This document shows positions 17,756 through 24,981 of a stretch of DNA of 32,603 bases, one piece after another. The notes under the pieces are model-generated. The model was not told the origin of the DNA. It worked only from the letters and a program-made list of their open reading frames with translations, and searched no databases. Position 1 is the stretch's first letter, and each line of letters begins with the position of its first letter. The stretch lies in NCBI GenBank assembly GCA_050331735.1, contig JBHJGN010000059.1, forward strand, positions 1-32,603. The letters are read 5' to 3'. Source of the stretch: Cyanophyceae cyanobacterium. Its GTDB lineage: Bacteria; Cyanobacteriota; Cyanobacteriia; Cyanobacteriales; JBHJGN01. Both the position numbers and the translations under genes were made by a program.

Positions 17756-18841
17756 ATGACCAAGAAATCCCGCCAAAAAAATCCCAAGAGCAGCGAATCT
17801 AAGTTTTTTCGGCTAGGACTTAAGCGACAATACCTTTTTCCTTTTGCTTTATTCTGTGTGGCGACAGTAATCTTAAGTTTTCTCGCTGTCAAACCAGATC
17901 CTCAGCGCCTCCAGTCAGAGTCTATTCCAGAGCAGTCAATTCTTCTGGCCCTGGCCAATGAACCCATTCAACCGATTCCCCTCCAGCTAGAACTTGACCC
18001 CCAGAAGGTGGCGCTGGGACAAAAGCTGTTCAGCGATGTGCAGCTATCTGGCAACAATACGATTTCCTGCGCAAGCTGCCATAACCTCAGCGACAATGGA
18101 GCCGATCGCCTAGCGCGTTCAGTGGGGATCAACGATGCTGTTGGTGTCATCAATGTCCCGACGGTGTTTAACAGCGGCTTCAATTTTCGCCAGCACTGGG
18201 ATGGGGTCGTCGAAACTCTCGAGGAGCAGGTCGAGCGACCGATTCGCTCAACCCTGGCGATGGATTCGGACTGGCCAGAAATTGTGAACAAGCTCCAGCA
18301 GTCATCCGAGTACCGCCTTCTGTTTGGGCAACTCTACGAGGAGGGGATCGCAAGCAGCAGCATCAAAGAGGCGATCGCCACGTTTGAACGCTCCCTCTAC
18401 ACGCCCAACTCCCGCTTCGACCAGTATCTACGCGGCGACGAAACGGTGCTGAGTCCTCAAGAAAAAGAAGGCTACCGTCGCTTCAAAGCCTATGGCTGTG
18501 TAAGCTGCCATCAGGGAGTTAACGTTGGGGGAAATCTTTATCAAAGGTTTGGCCTGATGGGAGATTACTTCAAAGATCGCGGGAACGTCACCGAAGCCGA
18601 CCTTGGCCGGTACAACGTCACCGGGGAAGAAAGCGATCGCCACGTCTTTAAAGTGCCTAGCCTGCGCAACATCGCCCTCACCAATCCTTACTTTCATGAT
18701 GGTTCTGCCCAAACCCTTGATGAAGCCGTGCAGGTGATGGGTAAATATCAGCTCGGGCGACAGCTCTCGGCAGAAGATATCGATCTGATTGTCACCTTTC
18801 TCAACACTCTTACGGGCGAATATCAAGGCAATCCACTATGA
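17756..18841 (+). CDS. Diheme cytochrome c peroxidase (CcpA/MauG family) homologue, membrane-anchored
   Basis: Two CxxCH motifs (CASCH, CVSCH), QHWDG, FKVPSLRNIALTNPYFHDGS, distal Met in AVQVMGKYQLG, N-terminal TM segment. ATG 17756 follows AGGA; the ORF track starts at TTG 17741. Confidence 0.92.
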   Translation: MTKKSRQKNPKSSESKFFRLGLKRQYLFPFALFCVATVILSFLAVKPDPQRLQSESIPEQSILLALANEPIQPIPLQLELDPQKVALGQKLFSDVQLSGNNTISCASCHNLSDNGADRLARSVGINDAVGVINVPTVFNSGFNFRQHWDGVVETLEEQVERPIRSTLAMDSDWPEIVNKLQQSSEYRLLFGQLYEEGIASSSIKEAIATFERSLYTPNSRFDQYLRGDETVLSPQEKEGYRRFKAYGCVSCHQGVNVGGNLYQRFGLMGDYFKDRGNVTEADLGRYNVTGEESDRHVFKVPSLRNIALTNPYFHDGSAQTLDEAVQVMGKYQLGRQLSAEDIDLIVTFLNTLTGEYQGNPL

Positions 18842-19908
18842 AAAAAATCTCCTGGCGCAATCTATGTATTCCTCTGTTCGCCGTGATTCTTGTCGTTGCT
18901 CTGATTGTGAAAAGCTTACCGGTCTACTTCGGGAACCACCGACAATATCAACAGGCTTTAGGGCTTCAACGGGAAGAAAAAGCGCTGCTCAGCCAAGAAC
19001 TACTTAAGTCTAGATACGAACTATTTTTCTCCTACGACCCGTTAGTTGCCTACATCACCGCTCTCAAGAATCTGCAAAATCAGCTCCAGGTTTTACCTCC
19101 GTTGCCCGCTGACAAAAAACGACAGTACCAGGCACTGCTACAGGCAGATACGGCTGCGCTAGAGCAGGTCGAAAATCTGTTGGAAGAGTTTAAAATCCAA
19201 AATTCTACTCTGAAGAACTCCCTGCGCTATCTTCCTTCCTTAGCTACAGAAAGCTCCAATTACAGATTCTCAGAAGTTTTCAGCGACCTCGCCCAGAATT
19301 TGCTGCTTTACGAGCTCACCTCCAGCGAAGAGCTGTCTGCGACGATTAAAGCCAGTCTCGAGCAGCTTCAGCAGCTCCAAGAACAAAGCTTTGGCGAAGA
19401 ACGCGCTTTAATCGAGCTGGCTAGCCGTCATGCCGCCATTATTCTCAACTATAAGCCCAAGGTTGACCAAGAAGTTCAGCAACTCCTAGAGCAGCTCTCC
19501 CCGCAGCAGAACGGTAAGCTCAGCATGGCCTATCACTCCTATTACCAAGAAGCTGTGGCCGCTGCCAATACCTATCTCCGGTTTGCCTATGGGGGCTTTC
19601 TGCTGCTGCTCGGCTGGATTGCCTATGCCATTATTAGCCACATTTTGAAATTGCTCAACAAGAGCCAGCAGGCAGAAGCAAAACTTCAGCAGATGAATGA
19701 GGAGTTAGAGGCCAGAGTTAAACAACGCACCGCTCAATTGAGTGAACTCTTAGCATTAGAATGCCTCTCCGAGAAAAAACAGCGCCGAGAAAAAGAGAAG
19801 CTCAAAAAACAGCTTGAGCAGCTTCAAGGGGAATTAGGAACTTCTCGAGATAGCTTTATTAGTCTTAATCCGTCGACAGAATCAACGTTTAGAAATGAGT
19901 CAACTTAG
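18838..19908 (+). CDS. DAHL-type extracytoplasmic sensor protein (2 TM) with only a coiled-coil cytoplasmic tail
   Basis: TM1, all-helical region with LLKSRYELFFSYDPLV and FKIQNSTLKNSLRYLP, TM2, then S-helix-like LQQMNEELEARVKQRTAQL; ATGA overlap with the peroxidase gene. Confidence 0.75.
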   Translation: MKKISWRNLCIPLFAVILVVALIVKSLPVYFGNHRQYQQALGLQREEKALLSQELLKSRYELFFSYDPLVAYITALKNLQNQLQVLPPLPADKKRQYQALLQADTAALEQVENLLEEFKIQNSTLKNSLRYLPSLATESSNYRFSEVFSDLAQNLLLYELTSSEELSATIKASLEQLQQLQEQSFGEERALIELASRHAAIILNYKPKVDQEVQQLLEQLSPQQNGKLSMAYHSYYQEAVAAANTYLRFAYGGFLLLLGWIAYAIISHILKLLNKSQQAEAKLQQMNEELEARVKQRTAQLSELLALECLSEKKQRREKEKLKKQLEQLQGELGTSRDSFISLNPSTESTFRNEST

Positions 19909-20039
19909 AACCTCAACTAGCCAATAGGCTAGGTGAAATGTGGACAATTCGCTGCTCCGGATTTTCCTCAGTTGGGAGAGACGACTGCTTTTCTATTGAA
20001 TAACACCGACTGCCCTTTCACACATCATCACAATCAACC

Positions 20040-21872
20040 ATGTTTAACAACGTCTCTGAACAAACAATGCATCGGGTCAGGTGGTTGTTAACGCTTGGCT
20101 GGCTACTCTTAATTGCCGTCCAATTTTACGATCCCCTCTCTCCCTGGCTGACAGACCCGAGTAATAACCTGAGTCCCCTCCGTCTCGAGACCGGCGTTTG
20201 CGTGAAGGTGCAGGGGGTTTGCCTGGTAGAACAGCCTTACCCGGTGGGAGCACGGCTGTTTTGGGCCACGATTGTTCCTTGCTCGATTATTATTCTCTTA
20301 GTTTTCGGACACGAACTGTGGCGACGCATCTGCCCGCTATCCTTTGTTTCTCAGCTTCCCCGCGCCCTCGGAATCCAAAGACGCTCTAGAAAAGCTAAAA
20401 TCAAGCAGAATTCTTGGCTCGGTCGCAACTATTTGTACTTTCAGTTTGCCCTATTCTACCTCGGTCTCTGCGTACGGATTCTGTTTGTGAATACAGTCGG
20501 GTGGGCGCTGGGCTCTTTCCTGCTGTTAACAATTAGCGCTGCCATTCTAGTCGGCTATCTCTACGAAGGCAAGTCCTGGTGTAACTACTTCTGTCCGATG
20601 GCTCCTGTCCAAAAGATTTATAGTGAACCGGGAGGACTCTTGACCAGCGCTGCCCACACCAACCGCAGCCAAACAATCACTCAATCGATGTGTCGGGTGG
20701 TCGATACAGACGGGAAGGAGCAGAGTGCCTGTGTTGCCTGTCAAACTCCCTGTATTGATATTGATGCAGAGCGGACCTATTGGGACAGCATCAACCGACC
20801 TGATCGCCAGTTACTCTCCTATGGCTATATTGGCTTAGTGTTTAGCTTCTATTTTTACTACTATCTCTATGCTGGTAACTGGGACTACTATTTTTCGGGA
20901 GCCTGGACTCACGAAGAAAAGCTCTTGAGTAACCTATTCGCTCCCGGATTTTACCTGTTTGAAACGCCGATTCCAATTCCGAAGCTTGTCGCCGTTCCCC
21001 TCACTCTCGGTGGCTTTGGTGTGGGAAGCTACTGGCTCGGGCTTCAGGGCGAAAGGCTCTACAAAATTTATCTACGGCGCAGAGGAAAGTATTCTCAAGA
21101 GCTGCTGCGCCATCGTATGTTTACCTTAGCGACGGCTTTTGTTTTTAATCTGTTTTTCTGGTTTGGTGGTCGTCCGATGATTCGGCTGCTGCCCCCCACG
21201 CTGCAAACTCTCTTTACCGTCATCTGCGCGGTTCTGAGTGGATTATGGCTATCCTACACCTGGAAGCGAAGCCCAGAACAGTACCAGCGCGAAAAGCTAG
21301 CCGACTTACTCAGAAGGCAGCTTGGCAAACTGCACCTCAGCGCTGAGTACCTAGAAGGACGCTCGTTAGACCAGCTCGATGCCAACGAAATCTATATTCT
21401 CGCCAAGGTATTACCTCGTTTTACAAAAGCGCAGCGATTTCAGGCTTATAAGGGAGTTCTTCAAGAAGCGTTAGAAGAAGGCTATGTGCAGTCGGCTAGC
21501 AGCTTAGAAGTCCTCAAGCAATTGCGTTTAGAACTAGATATGAGCGATCGAGACCACCAAACACTTCTCACAGAACTTGGCATTGAAGAACCATCACTTT
21601 TCGATCCGCAGCGGCAACGAACCCGCGAAGATTGGGCGCGGCTACAGGGCTTTCGCCATCGTCTTCAGGGGTTAGTCAAACCAAAACGTCGCCGTTCTGC
21701 TAAAGGCTTAGGTCGGGAACTGCTCCAGGTGGTGACGAAGGAAAAATCCCTAGAAGAGGTGTTTGTGCAGGAGAAAGCCTGGCGATCGCTGAGTCGAGAA
21801 TACGCGCTCACGCCCGCGGAACAGGCAGAAATTCTCGCAGACCTCAGTCATTCAGCCAAGCACGACCAATGA
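20040..21872 (+). CDS. Polytopic membrane 4Fe-4S-binding protein (NapH/MauN/FixG-like) with a cytoplasmic helical C-terminal domain
   Basis: Multiple TM helices; WRRICP, WCNYFCP (CxxxCP) and SACVACQTPC (CxxCxxxC) motifs. Confidence 0.8.
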   Translation: MFNNVSEQTMHRVRWLLTLGWLLLIAVQFYDPLSPWLTDPSNNLSPLRLETGVCVKVQGVCLVEQPYPVGARLFWATIVPCSIIILLVFGHELWRRICPLSFVSQLPRALGIQRRSRKAKIKQNSWLGRNYLYFQFALFYLGLCVRILFVNTVGWALGSFLLLTISAAILVGYLYEGKSWCNYFCPMAPVQKIYSEPGGLLTSAAHTNRSQTITQSMCRVVDTDGKEQSACVACQTPCIDIDAERTYWDSINRPDRQLLSYGYIGLVFSFYFYYYLYAGNWDYYFSGAWTHEEKLLSNLFAPGFYLFETPIPIPKLVAVPLTLGGFGVGSYWLGLQGERLYKIYLRRRGKYSQELLRHRMFTLATAFVFNLFFWFGGRPMIRLLPPTLQTLFTVICAVLSGLWLSYTWKRSPEQYQREKLADLLRRQLGKLHLSAEYLEGRSLDQLDANEIYILAKVLPRFTKAQRFQAYKGVLQEALEEGYVQSASSLEVLKQLRLELDMSDRDHQTLLTELGIEEPSLFDPQRQRTREDWARLQGFRHRLQGLVKPKRRRSAKGLGRELLQVVTKEKSLEEVFVQEKAWRSLSREYALTPAEQAEILADLSHSAKHDQ

Positions 21873-22696
21873 CCACAATGATCTCGATTCACTCTTACCG
21901 AGGCGGAACGGGTAAATCCAATTTGGTCGCAAATCTCGCTACGAGTCTTGTCCTTCAGGGACGGCGGGTCGCTATTCTCGACGCGGATATCCAATCTCCC
22001 GGCATTCACCTGCTGTTTGGATTAGACGAGACACAGATCAAGTTGACTCTCAACGATTACCTCTGGGGGCGCTGTCCTCTGTCAGAAGTGGTCTATGATG
22101 TTAGTCCCGTCCTCGATCCTGCTCCTGCCGCTAGCAACCCTGCCAGCAGTGCTTCTCCCACGGCTCAAGCAGTTGGCGATCGCGCTCGCCTTTACCTTGT
22201 GCCCTCCAGCATGAAAGCCACAGAGATTGCTACGGTTCTCAGTGAGGGGTACGATGTCGAACTCCTCTACAGGGGATTGAATGAACTCCGCCACCTGCTC
22301 GCACTAGACTATCTGTTGATTGATACTCATCCGGGTTTGAGTGAAGAAACGCTGCTGGCGATCGGGTTATCGCACCTGATCCTCGTTGTGCTGCGTCCCG
22401 ACTACCAGGATTATCAAGGCACTGCGGTTTTTGTCGAAGTGGCGCGAGAACTGGACGTGTCTCGAATGATGCTGGTTATGAACAAAGTTTTGTTAGAGTT
22501 TGATGCTCAAGCACTACAGCAGCAGCTCGAAACGACCTATCAAGTGCCAGTAGCGGGAGTTTTGCCAGTTTCTACCGAGATGATTCGTCTTGGGAGTCAA
22601 GGCATTTTCTGTTTGCGTTACCCCGAGGCCCTCCTCACTCAAGAAATTAACCGCATCGTTCAAAAAATCCAGGAGGTTGTTGACGTTCAAAGTTAA
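21869..22696 (+). CDS. MinD/ParA family ATPase (variant Walker A RGGTGKS)
   Basis: HSYRGGTGKSN, ILDADIQSPG, YLLIDTHPG; ATGA overlap with the Fe-S gene. Confidence 0.9.
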   Translation: MTTMISIHSYRGGTGKSNLVANLATSLVLQGRRVAILDADIQSPGIHLLFGLDETQIKLTLNDYLWGRCPLSEVVYDVSPVLDPAPAASNPASSASPTAQAVGDRARLYLVPSSMKATEIATVLSEGYDVELLYRGLNELRHLLALDYLLIDTHPGLSEETLLAIGLSHLILVVLRPDYQDYQGTAVFVEVARELDVSRMMLVMNKVLLEFDAQALQQQLETTYQVPVAGVLPVSTEMIRLGSQGIFCLRYPEALLTQEINRIVQKIQEVVDVQS

Positions 22697-22778
22697 AAAG
22701 GCTTTGTTAATGCCGGAGCCAACTCGGTTGTTGCTACACTGAACAGTGTTTTCTCCTTTGTCTTTTGCTCTTTGAATT

Positions 22779-23564
22779 ATGCAAGTAGCAACCTGGAACG
22801 TTAACTCCATTCGCACCCGTCAGCAACAGGTGATAGACTGGCTGCACGGCAATCCTGTGGATGTTTTATGCCTCCAGGAAACAAAAGTGATCGATGCGGA
22901 CTTTCCGAGCCTTCCTTTTGAAGAGTTAGGATATCAGCTAAGCGTTTACGGACAAAAATCCTATAACGGCGTCGCCATCTTGAGCCGCACTCCCTTGCAG
23001 AAGGTAAAGACCGGGTTTGCCCCGGTTGTTGGTGAATCGCTAGCCGCAGACTTTGCAGCCCAGAAACGAGCGATCGCCGGGAGCGTCGCAGATATCTGTA
23101 TCGTTAATCTCTATGTTCCCAACGGCGGAGCCATAGACAGCGATAAATACGACTACAAACTGCGCTGGTTAGGGGTGCTGCGGAAGTATTTGGCAACTCT
23201 TCGCCAGCAAACAGCAGAACTGTGCATCTGTGGCGATTTTAATATTGCCCTAGAAGATCGAGATATTTACAAACCCGAAGGCAAGGAAAACCATATCATG
23301 TCTTCTCCTCGGGAACGGCAAGCACTCCAGAACATCCTAACGCTGGGACTACAGGATGCTTTTCGCAAGTTTACCCCAGAAGGAGGGCACTTTAGCTGGT
23401 GGGATTACCGCGCCGCTGGCTTTCAGCGTAACCGGGGATGGCGCATCGATCATGTTTATCTGACCCCCATGCTTTACGAACGAGCCAAATCCTGTCGAAT
23501 TGACAGAGAGCCGAGAAAGCTTCCGAAACCAAGCGATCATGCTCCGGTCGTTGTTGAGTTTTAG
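22779..23564 (+). CDS. xth: Exodeoxyribonuclease III
   Basis: TWNVNSIR, LCLQETK, YNGVA, YVPNG, GDFNIA, WWDYR, GWRIDH and SDHAPV. Confidence 0.96.
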   Translation: MQVATWNVNSIRTRQQQVIDWLHGNPVDVLCLQETKVIDADFPSLPFEELGYQLSVYGQKSYNGVAILSRTPLQKVKTGFAPVVGESLAADFAAQKRAIAGSVADICIVNLYVPNGGAIDSDKYDYKLRWLGVLRKYLATLRQQTAELCICGDFNIALEDRDIYKPEGKENHIMSSPRERQALQNILTLGLQDAFRKFTPEGGHFSWWDYRAAGFQRNRGWRIDHVYLTPMLYERAKSCRIDREPRKLPKPSDHAPVVVEF

Positions 23565-23580
23565 AGTGACCAGCTCCTTC

Positions 23581-24708
23581 CTAATAGGATAAAAACTCCT
23601 CTAAATGAGGTACGTCTACCCAACAGTTATTCTCATGGGAGCGATGGGTGAGATCCATCAACAGTTGAGAGTAAATTCCTTCTCGTAAAGAAGGCGTCAC
23701 GGATTGCCCCCCATCAATTCCCTGCACCCAGCGATCTACGACGCGGATGAAGGGGGCTAACCGTCCGTCAGCATAAACCTGTGGGAACGCTAAACGCTGA
23801 GGAATGTCCACCGTGGTGAAATTTTTTCCCGCGGTGGCTGCGTGGAGGCGGAACCCGTGGACGTAATCTTTCAAATTGTCGCTGCCTAACACTAGCGTCC
23901 CGCGATCGCCATACACTTCGACCCAGTGTCCTCGTCCTTGATACGTTACCGAACTCAACGTCACCTGACACGGAGTTCCATCGGCTAGTTCTAGCATCAG
24001 CAGGCAGGTGTCGTCCGCATCTACAGGCTTCAGTTCTCCCCCCGCTGCTGGATCGGGGCGTTCGGGGATCGCGCAGCTCAAGCGGGCACACAGCCGTTTC
24101 ACGGGACCAAACAGCCAGCTAATATAGTCAAACGTATGGGAACCAATCGCCCCTAGCGCCCCGCCACCCCGGCTTTTAACGGAATACCAATTCCAGGAGC
24201 GTTCGGGATTGGCGCGGCTGGTTACCAACCAGTCGATTTTGATCAACCGTTTAGTGCCCACGTAGCCTCGGTGGAGATGTTCCGCAAAATACTGCCACTC
24301 CGGAACATAGCGAAACTCGAAATCCGCCGCTGTCACCACACCTTTCTGGGCAGCAAGCTGATAGAGTTCTTTGGTTTGCTGCACCGATAAATTCATGGGC
24401 TTTTCTAACAGAAGATGCTTCCCGGCGGTTAAGGCGGCTTTGGCCATCTCGTAGTGTAAAAAGGGAGGCGTAGAAATGCTGACTCCATCTACTTCCGGCA
24501 GCGACACCAGCTTTTCTAAGTCATTTGAGGCGTAAGGAATATCGTTTTCTTCAGCGATCGCCTGGGCTTTTTGTAGATCTCTGTTGTAGACAGCAACCAC
24601 TTCAGTCCGATGATGTTTCTGCAAGCCAGGTAAATGTATTTTTTGACCAAAGCCTGTTCCGATTACCGCCACTCCAAGTTTACGCTGGTTTTTTTGAGAA
24701 CTGTTCAT
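23581..24708 (-). CDS. Gfo/Idh/MocA family oxidoreductase
   Basis: GVAVIGTGFG Rossmann motif, GKHLLLEKP, GGGALGAIGSHTFD. Confidence 0.92.
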   Translation of the reverse strand: MNSSQKNQRKLGVAVIGTGFGQKIHLPGLQKHHRTEVVAVYNRDLQKAQAIAEENDIPYASNDLEKLVSLPEVDGVSISTPPFLHYEMAKAALTAGKHLLLEKPMNLSVQQTKELYQLAAQKGVVTAADFEFRYVPEWQYFAEHLHRGYVGTKRLIKIDWLVTSRANPERSWNWYSVKSRGGGALGAIGSHTFDYISWLFGPVKRLCARLSCAIPERPDPAAGGELKPVDADDTCLLMLELADGTPCQVTLSSVTYQGRGHWVEVYGDRGTLVLGSDNLKDYVHGFRLHAATAGKNFTTVDIPQRLAFPQVYADGRLAPFIRVVDRWVQGIDGGQSVTPSLREGIYSQLLMDLTHRSHENNCWVDVPHLEEFLSY

Positions 24709-24981
24709 GGGTTAGTTGAAGATTTCAAAAAACATTAAAACGTTCGGTTTTGCCGACGCAATTAATACCAAAAAAGCTTTTGTTTTTTGTCTATTTGCGA
24801 TTGAAATTATTGATTTTCCTGTGTAAAACAATTAGCTATTCAGCCTTAATGAAGCATTCAATTGTTCACTGTGTTCGTCCTACATGCCGCTAAAATAATA
24901 CTATAATAGGCTTAAGCCGGTATAAAAAATAGACATAATTCGTATAGACGACTCTGCTCAAGAATAGGAGTTTATTAGAAA

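Noticed and set aside
167..18841. Functional link between the H2O2-producing amine oxidase and the peroxidase homologue, or a mau (MauG/MauN) cluster
   Set aside because: The genes are about 15 kb apart with unrelated genes between them, there are no mauAB genes, the diheme protein has a CcpA-type distal Met, and TPQ enzymes do not need MauG.
21869..22696. Calling this gene the cell-division minD
   Set aside because: Variant Walker A, no minC or minE, and no clear membrane-targeting helix.
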